From Minisyncoccota bacterium (GTDB lineage Bacteria > Patescibacteriota > Minisyncoccia > Phycocordibacterales > UBA2100), in assembly GCA_031291875.1 (NCBI GenBank), contig JARLIE010000183.1:65356-129355 (forward strand): 64,000 nt of DNA, in the 5' to 3' direction. Under the pieces are notes generated by a model. The model ran no database searches. It was given only the letters and a program-made list of their open reading frames with translations, and was not told where the DNA came from. Within the stretch, counting starts at the first letter, position 1, and each line of letters opens with the position of its first letter. The translations under genes and the position numbers were made by a program. Below are positions 38,099 through 48,439 of this stretch, piece by piece.

Positions 38099-39310
38099 AT
38101 GGCAAAAGAAGTGAAGCCTGACGTCGAATCATTCGCCCGCATTCGCGTCGTCGGCGTCGGAGGATCGGGCGGCAATGCCGTCAACCACATGGTCCAATCC
38201 AAAGTTGAGGGCGTCGACTTTATCGCAGTGAACACTGACGCACAGGATCTCCACAAAAATCGCGCAAAGAAAAAGATTCATATTGGCAAGACGCTGACCC
38301 GCGGCCTCGGCACGGGCATGAACCCGGATCTCGGCAAGCAAGCCGCAGACGAAACACGCGAAGATATTCAAGATGCCCTCAAGGGCAGTGACATGGTGTT
38401 CATCACCTGCGGTATGGGAGGCGGCACTGGCACCGGCGCCGCGCCGATCGTCGCCAAAGTGGCACGCGAACTCGGTGCACTCACTGTCGGCGTCGTCACT
38501 CGCCCCTTTGCCTTTGAAGGCGCGCAGCGCATGCGTCTTGCGGAAAACGGCCTCGCCGAGCTTCGCAAAGCGGTGGACGCGCTCATCATCATCCCCAACG
38601 ATAAACTTTTGCAAATCGTTTCTCGCGACACGGGCATCAAGAACGCCTTTGCGATGTGCGACGACATTTTGAAGCAGGCAGTCGAGGGTATCTCCGACCT
38701 CATTACACAAACTGGCATCATCAACGTCGACTTCGCCGACGTGCGCTCGATCATGCAAAACGCCGGTAGCGCCCTTATGGGTATCGGCCTCGCGATGGGC
38801 GACAAGCGCGCAGAGCTCGCAGCGAAAGCGGCGATCAACTCACCACTACTCGAAGTCTCGATCAATGGCGCAAAGGGAGTGCTCTTCTCGATCGCAGGCG
38901 GCGAAGACCTCGGCATGCTCGAAGTCCAAGACGCAGCGAATGTCATCACCGAAGCGATCGACCCGGATGCCAAAGTCATCTTCGGCGCAGTCACGGACGA
39001 GACACTCAAAAAAGGACAAGTTCGCGTCACCGTTATCGCGACCGGTTTTCCGGAGAGCTCCAATCGTGCCCCCTCCCTTTTTACTTCCAAAACTCCTCGC
39101 AAAGAAGACGTTCCGCCAGCATCTGCAAAAGAGCGCGGCGAGTTTATCAAGGAACGCATCGTTATCGACGACACCGCTCCAAAGAAACCCGAACCGCCGA
39201 AAGAGCAACCTAGGCCGGAACCAATTCGCATTGTCGATACCACGACCCTTGGTAACGACGACGATGACGACGCATGGGGAGGCTTGCCTTCCTTCTTGAG
39301 GCGCAAATAG
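38099..39310 (+). CDS. ftsZ: Cell division protein FtsZ
   Basis: Tubulin signature [22 protein letters not shown]7 loop NVDFADV; start taken at MAKEVKPD. Confidence 0.9.
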   Translation: MAKEVKPDVESFARIRVVGVGGSGGNAVNHMVQSKVEGVDFIAVNTDAQDLHKNRAKKKIHIGKTLTRGLGTGMNPDLGKQAADETREDIQDALKGSDMVFITCGMGGGTGTGAAPIVAKVARELGALTVGVVTRPFAFEGAQRMRLAENGLAELRKAVDALIIIPNDKLLQIVSRDTGIKNAFAMCDDILKQAVEGISDLITQTGIINVDFADVRSIMQNAGSALMGIGLAMGDKRAELAAKAAINSPLLEVSINGAKGVLFSIAGGEDLGMLEVQDAANVITEAIDPDAKVIFGAVTDETLKKGQVRVTVIATGFPESSNRAPSLFTSKTPRKEDVPPASAKERGEFIKERIVIDDTAPKKPEPPKEQPRPEPIRIVDTTTLGNDDDDDAWGGLPSFLRRK

Positions 39311-39356
39311 GTTTGCGCTCTCGCTAGTGACATTAAATACGCTATACTGACAGCGC

Positions 39357-40289
39357 ATGAACGGCTCAAACTACGAACTCATCATCGTGGGCGGTGGTCC
39401 CGCAGGGGCTGCCGCAGCCATCTATGCCGCTCGTAAGCGGCTCAAGACCCTTTTCATTACCAACGAATGGGGCGGCCAATCGACCGTATCAACGGATATT
39501 CAAAATTGGATCGGCACTCCCTCTATTTCCGGTGCCGACCTTGCTAAAAACCTGAAGGCACACGTCGAAGCACAGGCCAACGAATGCCTCACGATTCTTT
39601 CCCCTGCACTCGCGAGCTCGCTCGAACCGAAAGAAGACAGTGTCGAAGTAACGACCAACAAGGGCGTGTTTTCGGCGAAGTCACTCCTAATCACCACGGG
39701 CGCACAGCGTCGCAAGCTCGACGTTCCCGGCGCGGAAACTTACGATCAAAAAGGTCTTACCTACTGCGCCTCCTGCGACGGCCCTCTCTTTGCCGATAAG
39801 GATGTTGTCGTGGTCGGTGGTGGAAATGCCGCCTTCGAAACCGCCTTGCAGCTCCTCGCTTACTGCAAAACAGTCACCCTTCTCAATCGTACCGAGACAT
39901 TTAAGGCCGATGAGGTCACCGTCGCGTCGGTCGCGGCGCACGCGAATATGCGAATCGTCAAAAACGCTATCCCAATAGAAGTCGTCGGTACCCAATTTGT
40001 AACTGGTATCAAATACAAGGACGCGACCAACGGACAAGAAACACTGCTTCCTGTCGAAGGTGTATTCGTCGAAATCGGCCTTTTGCCCAACACCGACTGG
40101 ATCGGCGACAAGCTCAAGATGAACCCCATCAAACAAATCAAGATTGATCCACGCACGCAGCGCACGATGAACCCGATGATTTGGGCGGCGGGCGATTGCA
40201 CCGACGGCCTATATCACCAAAACAACATCGCTGCTGGCGATGCCGTCAAAGCCCTCGAAGATATTTACATGGCGCTCCACAGAAACTAA
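39357..40289 (+). CDS. trxB: Thioredoxin-disulfide reductase
   Basis: FAD site IIVGGGPAGAAAAIYAAR, redox-active CASCDG, NADPH site VVVVGGGNAAFE. Confidence 0.9.
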   Translation: MNGSNYELIIVGGGPAGAAAAIYAARKRLKTLFITNEWGGQSTVSTDIQNWIGTPSISGADLAKNLKAHVEAQANECLTILSPALASSLEPKEDSVEVTTNKGVFSAKSLLITTGAQRRKLDVPGAETYDQKGLTYCASCDGPLFADKDVVVVGGGNAAFETALQLLAYCKTVTLLNRTETFKADEVTVASVAAHANMRIVKNAIPIEVVGTQFVTGIKYKDATNGQETLLPVEGVFVEIGLLPNTDWIGDKLKMNPIKQIKIDPRTQRTMNPMIWAAGDCTDGLYHQNNIAAGDAVKALEDIYMALHRN

Positions 40290-40373
40290 ACAGTTTCTGT
40301 CATACTGCAGCACACAATTTGGTCACCGGCTTTCTCGACCACTCTCTCGCCACTTTTAAATTGGATTTAATTT

Positions 40374-40862
40374 CTATTGGGCAACGACGGTGATCGTGCC
40401 AACTGCGCTGTGGTCGAGGTGATTGTGGTAGCCCCACGAACCAACTTTGTTGAAGGTAAAACTAAAGGATGTCCCTGCCGCACACTGATCAAAAGGTGCG
40501 GTACCCGCATAGGTCGACGAACAGTGTTGTTGCATGGTCGTACCGTCATAGCCGTTGTGGATGGGGTGCGGATCCGAGGCAACCCACATAGCGCCGGCAT
40601 TTGAGACGAACGTAACTGTACCGCCTTGAGCAATAGTTACACTGGATGGAGAAAAGCCTGAGCCGTCGAATGTTACAGTCGCGCTTTTTTGTGCTTGAGA
40701 TGCGACGCCCGATTGGGCCTGCGTGGAGGTCGTCGGAGTTTGTGTAAACGGCGCGACTGCCGCACCAGATGTGGTAGCTTGAGACGAGGACCACCACCAG
40801 TATGCTCCAATGATCACCAGTACGACGATAATCGCCCAAACAATCTGCTGAAACCTACTCAT
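40374..40862 (-). CDS. Membrane-anchored secreted protein with a His-rich (possibly cupredoxin-like) C-terminal domain
   Basis: Start at MSRFQQIVWAIIVVLVIIGAYWWW (anchor). Downstream are DPHPIHNGYDGTTMQQHCSS and GSWGYHNHLDHSAVGTITV. The fold assignment is speculative. Confidence 0.35.
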   Translation of the reverse strand: MSRFQQIVWAIIVVLVIIGAYWWWSSSQATTSGAAVAPFTQTPTTSTQAQSGVASQAQKSATVTFDGSGFSPSSVTIAQGGTVTFVSNAGAMWVASDPHPIHNGYDGTTMQQHCSSTYAGTAPFDQCAAGTSFSFTFNKVGSWGYHNHLDHSAVGTITVVAQ

Positions 40863-40887
40863 AAGAGAAAAGTATAGCACTGAAGGA

Positions 40888-41520
40888 TTATGCCTTGTGT
40901 GCCAAGAATTCGCGGCCATGACCGAGATCGGTATTGACCGGAATTCCTCGTTCGCAGAGTTCGCATCGATCCTGCGGCCATTGTTCGAGCTGGAGCGTCA
41001 CGAGCGATTCGAAATGGGGCACTCCGACGTCTTCGTTGCGAACACTGCCTCGATTGCAAATAGCGATCGCGCCGACTATTTCCGCGCCGGCGATCCTAGC
41101 GACATCAATAACCTTACGCATCGAGCCGCCAGTCGTCACGCTGTCTTCGACAATAAGTACGCGCTTGCCCGCAATAAGCTTGTCATACCCTCGTTTGATG
41201 ATGAAACCGCCTTGACCGTCTTTGTCCGCATAGGTCGCGAAGACTTCCCTCCCGAGGCGTTCGCTCAAATGATAGGCCGTCCACTGAGAAAGAATCGCCG
41301 CCCCGACAGCAGGACCGATAACCGCATCGACGTTAAACGAGGCGAAGCGATTGGCCATCTCTTTGCAAAGTTTCGATATTTCGCGCGTGTACGGATACAG
41401 CGCATCTTTGTTAACGTAGGTTTCGCTGTGCTTTCCCGAAATGAAAACGAAATGCCCTGTTCTAAAAACTCCCGCATTCTGCAATAGTTCCAAAACTTCC
41501 GAATCAGACATTAGGCGCAA
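40888..41520 (-). CDS. pyrE: Orotate phosphoribosyltransferase
   Basis: PRPP-binding motif VLIVEDSVTTGGSM; also FISGKHSETYVNKDALY. Confidence 0.85.
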   Translation of the reverse strand: MRLMSDSEVLELLQNAGVFRTGHFVFISGKHSETYVNKDALYPYTREISKLCKEMANRFASFNVDAVIGPAVGAAILSQWTAYHLSERLGREVFATYADKDGQGGFIIKRGYDKLIAGKRVLIVEDSVTTGGSMRKVIDVARIAGAEIVGAIAICNRGSVRNEDVGVPHFESLVTLQLEQWPQDRCELCERGIPVNTDLGHGREFLAHKA

Positions 41521-41577
41521 TTATGGACGAGAGACGCGCAGATGCAAGTGTATAAAACTGTGCACATCATCGGCTCT

Positions 41578-42399
41578 TCATACAGCGGTGCGTATTGCTG
41601 TATCGAGCTCGAGCGCTGCCTTTTGCGCCGCTTCGGCGAAGTCGAGCCCTCTCGAGGCGTACATGATAGACCTCGAGGCGCAGATCAAAAATGCTCCTTC
41701 TTGTTCTTTTGCTGCAGCGACTGCAGCCCGAAGATCACCTCCCTGCGCACCGATTCCGGGAATCAAAAAGGGTACTCCCGGCGCAACCTTGCGTACGGCG
41801 GCTATTTCTGTGGGATAGGTGGCACCGACTACCAACCCGCAATTTCCGTTGCCATTCCAAGCGCTTGCGACGCGTTTTGCCACATGTAGGTAGAGCGGCT
41901 CTTCCCCTACCGATAGATGCTGCAGTTCGCCAGCGCCCGGATTCGAGGTGCGACAAAGAATGAATATGCCTTTATCCTTACGATCGAGAAAAGGCTGGAG
42001 CGCTTCTGCGCCAAGATAGGGATGCAGCGTTATCGCGTCGGCTCGTAACTGCTCGAAAGCGAAAGAAACATACCCGAGATTCGTGTTCCCGATGTCCGCA
42101 CGCTTTGCATCGAGGATCAGGGCCACTTCGGGAGCATGTTCGAGAATGTAAAAACAGGTTTCTTGGAGCGCCGCAAATCCTTCGTCGCCATGCGCCTCAT
42201 AGAAAGCGGTGTTCGGTTTGTATCCGCAAGCGATTGTTTTGGTCGCATCGATTATTGCGCGGTTGAATGCAACGATGGTTTCGCGAACACTGGATTTGCG
42301 AAGGCTTTCAGGAATCTTTTCGTATTCCGGGTCGAGCCCTACGCAAAGGTACTTACCTTCGTTCCAGTTATTTCGCAAGAGTTCATTGAAGTTTCGCAT
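41578..42399 (-). CDS. pyrF: Orotidine 5'-phosphate decarboxylase (type 2)
   Basis: LCVGLDPEYEKIP active-site region and DAKRADIGNT; length fits the long (type 2) form. Confidence 0.85.
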   Translation of the reverse strand: MRNFNELLRNNWNEGKYLCVGLDPEYEKIPESLRKSSVRETIVAFNRAIIDATKTIACGYKPNTAFYEAHGDEGFAALQETCFYILEHAPEVALILDAKRADIGNTNLGYVSFAFEQLRADAITLHPYLGAEALQPFLDRKDKGIFILCRTSNPGAGELQHLSVGEEPLYLHVAKRVASAWNGNGNCGLVVGATYPTEIAAVRKVAPGVPFLIPGIGAQGGDLRAAVAAAKEQEGAFLICASRSIMYASRGLDFAEAAQKAALELDTAIRTAV

Positions 42400-42417
42400 C
42401 GCGGCAATCCTATCACA

Positions 42418-43515
42418 TCAGAAGGTATCGGTGAGCGGTGAACCGAGTCCTGTCACGTAATCATAGTGCTTTCGAGCAGTGCAAAGGTACCCACATGCGC
42501 CGTTGGTACCACTTACAATATCGCGGAAGTAATTGGCAGCATTAGGTGCCGCTTTGTCCGCGTAGAGCTGCTGAAGGTTGCTCCCGTGACCGAGCGCCGC
42601 TATCGCAGCCCACTGCGGGGCGCCAGCCGAGGTGCCGCCGACTTCCCGCCACTTGCCCTTGTAGTAGATTGGGAAACCCGAGGATGGATCAGCGTCGTAC
42701 GATACGTCGGGAATGGCTCGCATGCCGCCCGCGCGCGGAATAGTAAATCCGGACTGATACGGCGGTTCTTTTTCGTACGCGGAAATACCACCTCCAGAGC
42801 CGCTCCAGGCTGTTTCGTTTTGCTGATCGCCGCTTGCGGAAATAGCGACGTGTGTGCCACCGACGCCGATCACCTCCGGCGAAGCGGCTGGCCACGAAAC
42901 GCCCGAGCCCTTGTCGCCGGAGGAGGCAAAAAACACCGCACCTGAGCCGCTCTTGAAATGCGAATCCAGTGACGTTTCTTCGGGAAACTCTTCTCCTCCC
43001 CAGCTCATCGAGACGGCGATTACGTCCTTTTGAGAAGCGGCGTAATCGACCGCTTTTAGCAGATTCGCGCCGCTTTGTGTCGTTGCCTCGACGAGTAGTA
43101 TCTTCGCGTTGGGAGCAATCGCATGCGCCCACTCGACGTCGAGCGACGTTTCGAGATCCCAACCGCTGTTTGTTCCTTCTTTTGTGCTCATTAGGTGCTG
43201 CGCGAAGCAGCCACTCGCCTTCGTACACGCGGGCAGATTGAACTGCTTATCGAACGCGGCAAGATCGGACTCAATCGTTGCATCGTTGTACGCGCCGATA
43301 ATGGCAATCGTTCCATGGCCACCGGAGGATGGAAGGTGGTAGATCCGCTTGATTTGATCGGGCGTCATACCGATCGGAAATTGGGTCCAGGTTCCGAGTG
43401 AGTGGATCGGTGGCGTTCCTTTGAAGTTCGTAAAATGGTACGCCGCGCTCGCCGTTCGCGGAATGATAAAAAGGAGCATGAGTAACACGGACAATGATGC
43501 GGTTAGGATGTTCAT
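42418..43515 (-). CDS. Secreted subtilisin-like serine peptidase (S8/S53)
   Basis: Signal peptide; catalytic Ser motif GGTSAGAPQWAAIAAL; Asp/His-bearing segments TIAIIGAYND and GHGT. Confidence 0.7.
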   Translation of the reverse strand: MNILTASLSVLLMLLFIIPRTASAAYHFTNFKGTPPIHSLGTWTQFPIGMTPDQIKRIYHLPSSGGHGTIAIIGAYNDATIESDLAAFDKQFNLPACTKASGCFAQHLMSTKEGTNSGWDLETSLDVEWAHAIAPNAKILLVEATTQSGANLLKAVDYAASQKDVIAVSMSWGGEEFPEETSLDSHFKSGSGAVFFASSGDKGSGVSWPAASPEVIGVGGTHVAISASGDQQNETAWSGSGGGISAYEKEPPYQSGFTIPRAGGMRAIPDVSYDADPSSGFPIYYKGKWREVGGTSAGAPQWAAIAALGHGSNLQQLYADKAAPNAANYFRDIVSGTNGACGYLCTARKHYDYVTGLGSPLTDTF

Positions 43516-43623
43516 GCCAAAATTATAGCGAGCGGGCGGTCATGGAAACTTAAGGGGAAGTTCAAAAAAGTATGAAGACGCCGATGCTGCGGGCTTCGCG
43601 GGGATGTGGTACCCTGGCGGCAT

Positions 43624-44013
43624 ATGTTGATCCGAACCTGTATGGCCAAAATTCACCGGGCCACTGTTACCGAAGCTGATCTTAACTACGTCGGCTCGAT
43701 TACTATCGACGAAGATCTTTTGGACGCCGCCGGCATCAAACCGTTTCAGTACGTAATCATTACCAGCCTCGCCAACGGTACGTTTTGGCAAACGTACGCT
43801 ATTGCCGGCCCGCGCGGAAAGGGCGGTATTTGCCTCAACGGTTCACCTGCGCACCATTTCAAACCAGGCGACATGGTCATCATCCTCGCGGAAGCGTGGC
43901 TCGAACCAAGCGAGCTGCAAAACCTCACGCCGACCATCGTATTCGTTGACAGCAACAACAAGATCACGGACGTGAAAAAACACTCGTTGCTTCCTCACGA
44001 CGCGAAAGCCTAA
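43624..44013 (+). CDS. panD: Aspartate 1-decarboxylase
   Basis: MLIRTCMAKIHRATVTEADLNYVGSITIDEDLLDAAGI aligns with the PanD pro-enzyme, including the Gly-Ser self-cleavage site. Confidence 0.85.
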   Translation: MLIRTCMAKIHRATVTEADLNYVGSITIDEDLLDAAGIKPFQYVIITSLANGTFWQTYAIAGPRGKGGICLNGSPAHHFKPGDMVIILAEAWLEPSELQNLTPTIVFVDSNNKITDVKKHSLLPHDAKA

Positions 44014-44023
44014 CGTACCTCAT

Positions 44024-44056
44024 AAAAAAGGCGCCTATCGATAGGCGCCTTTTTGC
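44024..44056. terminator. Bidirectional hairpin terminator
   Basis: aaaaaaggcgcctatcgataggcgccttttt. Confidence 0.6.
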
Positions 44057-44068
44057 TTGTGATTCGTA

Positions 44069-44923
44069 TTAATTACCCTGCGTGACCGAACCGTCTTCGC
44101 TCACATGGACTCCCTGAATCAGACCCTGGCTTTGTCCGTTGCCTTCGTGATTGCCACAGCCCGGCAGGATGACATGGACTTGGAAGAGTCCTCCGAGGCC
44201 ACCTTGCTCACCATCGTTCATCGGGCACGGGTAGATCGGCGCGCTCGTGCTGCCGTTCATCCAACCATGTTCGCCGCCCGGCATCGTGCTTGTTCCTTCC
44301 AGATGCATCATGAACCCGACCGTCGAGGAGCCGATCGTCATGTGATCTTGCTCTCCTTGGCCTTGTTCTTGACCGTTGCCGTTAGCATTGTCATTGCCGT
44401 TGCCGTCTTCGCAATGAACACCTACGTATCTGCGCGTCAAAGGACCGAAAAAGCCGCTTGCGCTCGAGGTTGCGGCGATACCAAAGTGCATTTGATACTC
44501 CTGAAGCGCGTGTGCCGTCATAGGACCAAAGAATCCGGTACTGCTTGCCGAAAAGAATCCAGCGCCCTGTAGCATTTGCTGAAGTTGAGCAACATCGTCA
44601 CCTTCGGATCCGACCGAAAGGTCACGACTAAAAACTGAGCAGTTCCCGTTGGAACTCAACATGCCTGGCGTGGTGCTCGCCATCCAGCTCGGGCGAGTAG
44701 TGGTGCCGTTCATCCATATCATATTCGTTGAGCTCGGTGCGACGGACTGGATGAGCGATTTTAGCTGCTGCTGGAGCGCGGTAATCTGGCTCAAAAGCGA
44801 CTGTACCTGGAGATCGATGGTCGAGCTGCCAGTTACATTGACCTGTGCCAGAGCGAGCGTCGGGGCAAACAGTGAAAACGCGAGTAATAGACCCGTAATA
44901 CGATGGTATTTTTGCATATACAT
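44069..44923 (-). CDS. Secreted protein with a peptidoglycan-binding (PG_binding_1-like) domain
   Basis: Signal peptide; GDDVAQLQQMLQGAGFF...GFFGPMTAHALQEYQ; His/Gly/Asn-rich C-terminal half. Confidence 0.55.
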   Translation of the reverse strand: MYMQKYHRITGLLLAFSLFAPTLALAQVNVTGSSTIDLQVQSLLSQITALQQQLKSLIQSVAPSSTNMIWMNGTTTRPSWMASTTPGMLSSNGNCSVFSRDLSVGSEGDDVAQLQQMLQGAGFFSASSTGFFGPMTAHALQEYQMHFGIAATSSASGFFGPLTRRYVGVHCEDGNGNDNANGNGQEQGQGEQDHMTIGSSTVGFMMHLEGTSTMPGGEHGWMNGSTSAPIYPCPMNDGEQGGLGGLFQVHVILPGCGNHEGNGQSQGLIQGVHVSEDGSVTQGN

Positions 44924-45029
44924 GAATTGTACTGCATAGAACTAGCGCCCTATTTCTTCATGTTGATAAACGGATCCCCTGCTAAAAAACTGCACCACAC
45001 CAGAAGAACTGTCCTGGTACAATAAAGCT

Positions 45030-46085
45030 ATGAGCTTTTCGTATCCACGCGTTGTCGTGGCCGTGTTTGCGAGTATCTTTGCTTCCCTAGGCATGGCCGG
45101 TAGTTCGTACGCGCAATCGATTTCGGCGCAGGATGCGCCCGTTACCTCCGCTTCTGAAGCAACGGCTTGCCAGCAGGAGATTGCAACGGCTGCATCACGC
45201 GGATACCCCGATACACAGAGCATAATCATCGATCAAGGCACTCTGCAATTCGAGGACCATTGTGTTGCGGCAGTATTCAACCCTGCGGCCGCTAGTTTAG
45301 GTCCGCATAACCCGGGCAGCTATATGTGCGTCGGCAAAAGCGCAAAGGTTATCGTATCCAGCATTGGCGTAATAACCGAAGCAGCAACACCAGATCCTGC
45401 GGTACCCGCGGGAAGCTGTCTCGCTAGTGCATGCGACGCTCCAGGAGGTAGCGGCTGTATGGCGGCAACTAACGTAACCAGTCCAAATAGCGCATTCGAA
45501 AGCTCTATGCCCTCGGCGCCAACCTCAGTTACACCAGATCAAGGCATTACCGACGTGTCTGTAAACTCGGATGCCGGGATCGCGAGCCAGTCCGGAAACT
45601 CCGTAACCAGTTTCCAATCAGATGTCGGCTCTGTAAGCGGTGAAACTTCGGCAATGGGAGAAGCGCAACCTGTCTCGTGGACCCAACCCTCGGAAACTTT
45701 TACGAGTCCCGCTGAATCACCCGCAAGCGTGCAGCCGGAAACGAGCGCAAATACAGTCACGGATGTCTCAGCAACTCCCGATACGTCCGCAGCAACGACG
45801 GACGTTTCGCCGCCGCAAGCGTCCGCTCAATCAACAAATACGACCATGCCCGACCAAACGATAGCGCAACCGACGGTCAGCGATGCAGGAACCTCTCCAA
45901 ACTCCTCTGGCATCGACCTTTCGCATGCACAGACGCAGTCGCAGAGCTGGATCGATAGAGCTGGTTCGACCTTAATGAATGACGGTATCAAGGTCGTCAA
46001 CGATGTTCGTTCGTTTCTCGGTATGCAGCCGCTCAACATGGGCGCCCCCGCCGTCGAACCTTCCACAATGGGAGTTCGAGGATAG
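45030..46085 (+). CDS. Secreted Ser/Thr/Pro-rich protein, hypothetical
   Basis: Signal peptide plus a low-complexity S/T-rich region. Confidence 0.45.
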   Translation: MSFSYPRVVVAVFASIFASLGMAGSSYAQSISAQDAPVTSASEATACQQEIATAASRGYPDTQSIIIDQGTLQFEDHCVAAVFNPAAASLGPHNPGSYMCVGKSAKVIVSSIGVITEAATPDPAVPAGSCLASACDAPGGSGCMAATNVTSPNSAFESSMPSAPTSVTPDQGITDVSVNSDAGIASQSGNSVTSFQSDVGSVSGETSAMGEAQPVSWTQPSETFTSPAESPASVQPETSANTVTDVSATPDTSAATTDVSPPQASAQSTNTTMPDQTIAQPTVSDAGTSPNSSGIDLSHAQTQSQSWIDRAGSTLMNDGIKVVNDVRSFLGMQPLNMGAPAVEPSTMGVRG

Positions 46086-46097
46086 CTACTACTGGAG

Positions 46098-47027
46098 TTG
46101 TCGGATTTATTGCCAGGAGTCATGGAGTTTGACAAGCGCACGCGGAAGTGGGAATGTGCGGTCTTGATTCCCGCTACCATACGATCTCGGAAAGTTCTGG
46201 CCGCAGTTGTGGGATGTTGCATTCTTGTTGTGATCTTTGGGGTTTGGGAGATCAGGATTCACTCTCTTTCTTCCCAACCGGCCGCGGCAGTTGTCTCTAT
46301 AGAATCTTGGACTGCCCTCGCATCTATACCAATGACCCCGGTTCCTACTGGCATTTCGTATATTGAGATCCTGAATAGCTGCAACTACGCGTATGCGGGC
46401 ACCTGCGTCAACTTGCGTTCAGGACCGGGCACTAACTATTCCGTTGTCATGCAGCTGCGAAATAACATGGTCTTCAGGTTGGCGAGCACCACGGTCGATT
46501 CGAAGGGGCAAACGTGGTACGAGATCCGATTCGACGGACCGATCCACTACCCGGAGCGAGTGACTAGTGATTGGTATGTCAATGCTGATTATGCACGAAC
46601 CTTTATGGATCCGGGTGTCCTTGAAACCAATGCGGGCATGAACGCGTCAAGTACTAAGCGCATCGTCGTTGATATTACCAGCGAGACGCTCTATGCGTAC
46701 GACGGCGACACACTATTCATGCAGGAGCCTATTTCCACGGGCCTTGAACTGACTCCCACATCCCTCGGAAACTTCTGGGTCTACCGAAAAATACCCGATG
46801 CTTACATGCAGGGTCCGGTTCCAGGTCTAAGCGATCAATACTATGACCTCCCCGGAGTGCCATGGGACCTATACTTCACCAAGGATGGTGCGGCCATCCA
46901 CGGCGCATACTGGCACGATCATTTTGGAGAGCCGTGGTCACACGGTTGTGTGAATTTACCGCCCGCAGCAGCAGAGATCCTCTATGAATGGGCCGATCTT
47001 GGCACACCGGTGACCGTGATCAATTGA
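46098..47027 (+). CDS. L,D-transpeptidase (YkuD domain) with N-terminal TM and SH3-like region
   Basis: Catalytic motif GAAIHGAYWHDHFGEPWSHGCVNLP (HxxxxxxxxSHGC). Confidence 0.8.
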   Translation: MSDLLPGVMEFDKRTRKWECAVLIPATIRSRKVLAAVVGCCILVVIFGVWEIRIHSLSSQPAAAVVSIESWTALASIPMTPVPTGISYIEILNSCNYAYAGTCVNLRSGPGTNYSVVMQLRNNMVFRLASTTVDSKGQTWYEIRFDGPIHYPERVTSDWYVNADYARTFMDPGVLETNAGMNASSTKRIVVDITSETLYAYDGDTLFMQEPISTGLELTPTSLGNFWVYRKIPDAYMQGPVPGLSDQYYDLPGVPWDLYFTKDGAAIHGAYWHDHFGEPWSHGCVNLPPAAAEILYEWADLGTPVTVIN

Positions 47028-47062
47028 CCAAAAAGTGGATTTTCTTTTTCGGGGAGTCAAAG

Positions 47063-47707
47063 ATGAAGTCCGCACTTGCTCGCGGTATCTATATCTGGAA
47101 GAATGCAGAAGTGCTACCGGTTATACCGCCTCCGATCACTACTCCAGCGACGATCGTCGCTCCAATGAGTACGAGCAGCGTTCCTGACGTGCCGTTTTAT
47201 TCTCAATTCAGGGACATTCGGTCTCCACAGTGGCAGAAGGTCGGCTGTGGAATAACCAGCCTCGCGATGGTGATTGATTACTACAGTCCAAATGCGGTAT
47301 CGGTGAACACATTGCTTAAGCAAGGTATCGCTGCGGGAGCATATGAACAAAATGCTGGTTGGATATATGCAGGTTTGATCCAGTTGAGCCAAAAGTACGG
47401 CCTCGACGGAACGTATCATGATCTATCGAAACTCGACACGCAGACCGCCTTCGAACAATTTAAAAAGTATGTAAAAGCCGGACCAGTAATACTGGCCGTT
47501 CACTACAAGTTCGACCCAAAAAGCACAATACCTCATCTTGTCGTGATCGATGCAGTTCAAGACGGCATCGTGTACTACAACGATCCTGCTGCGAAGACAG
47601 GAGAAAAACAAATCGCTGTTGCCGATTTTCTAAAAGGTTGGAAAAGGAAAGTGATCGTCATCCGGCCCACACAGGAAGCGCAAAGTACAACGCTCACGAA
47701 GGTGTAA
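47063..47707 (+). CDS. C39-like (papain-fold) cysteine peptidase domain protein
   Basis: FYSQFRDIRSPQWQKVGCGITSLAMVIDYY (Cys box), a later HLVVIDAVQDGIVYYNDP (His box), an N-terminal signal/TM, and a GGGGAG RBS. Confidence 0.65.
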   Translation: MKSALARGIYIWKNAEVLPVIPPPITTPATIVAPMSTSSVPDVPFYSQFRDIRSPQWQKVGCGITSLAMVIDYYSPNAVSVNTLLKQGIAAGAYEQNAGWIYAGLIQLSQKYGLDGTYHDLSKLDTQTAFEQFKKYVKAGPVILAVHYKFDPKSTIPHLVVIDAVQDGIVYYNDPAAKTGEKQIAVADFLKGWKRKVIVIRPTQEAQSTTLTKV

Positions 47708-47749
47708 TGTATACGATTGGATCAGAAGCAAGTGCCCTTTGCAGTATCC

Positions 47750-48400
47750 TCATGTAATAAGCTGGGTGAAGACGACCACTCGCTGGTCGTAGCCGTTCTC
47801 GCTCTTAACCCACTGGCCCGCACAGGTGATCAAATTGAGTCGAGCTGTTGAAACATCGCTTGAGAAAATGTCGCTTGTCGGTGCGTCCTGATTGTAAAGT
47901 TTAACGTCGATCACGGTGAAGCGTCTCGTCTTCCCTGTCGCATCCACTACTTCCACCATATCCCCGGGCTGCAAAGTTCCCAGCTTGTAAAATACGGCCT
48001 CTTTCACATGTCTGCCGTCTAAGTGACCGTCGATGACGGCACTTCCGGGCGCTCCTGGACGCGGACCACCGTTATACCACCCAACGTCAGTAAAATTAGT
48101 CGGGATTCCCATCTCGCCATTGCCCTGCCAGGCGAGTCCGACACTTTGAATGGTCGCATCAACCCCGATCGCCGGAATGATGAGTCGTACAGGCTTACCC
48201 GGCACTTCGAACGAAGCGCCGAGTCCTGCAGGTCCCGAGGATACAGAGGTGGTTGCGACGGGCGTTGAGTTGCGAGTGGATAGTGCGTTCGCGGTCAATC
48301 CGTGGGTTTGGAGAAGAATAGAAAGACCACCAGCAAGCAGAGCCACACCCAGAGATATAAGGAACGCTGTTTTCCAAGAAAATGATGTAGCTGTGTTCAT
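47750..48400 (-). CDS. Sortase (transpeptidase)
   Basis: N-terminal TM, then the catalytic TLxTC-type motif LNLITCAGQW. Confidence 0.8.
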   Translation of the reverse strand: MNTATSFSWKTAFLISLGVALLAGGLSILLQTHGLTANALSTRNSTPVATTSVSSGPAGLGASFEVPGKPVRLIIPAIGVDATIQSVGLAWQGNGEMGIPTNFTDVGWYNGGPRPGAPGSAVIDGHLDGRHVKEAVFYKLGTLQPGDMVEVVDATGKTRRFTVIDVKLYNQDAPTSDIFSSDVSTARLNLITCAGQWVKSENGYDQRVVVFTQLIT

Positions 48401-48439
48401 ATTATTTTCTGAGGGTGTGGAATATCTGCTTACTTTGCT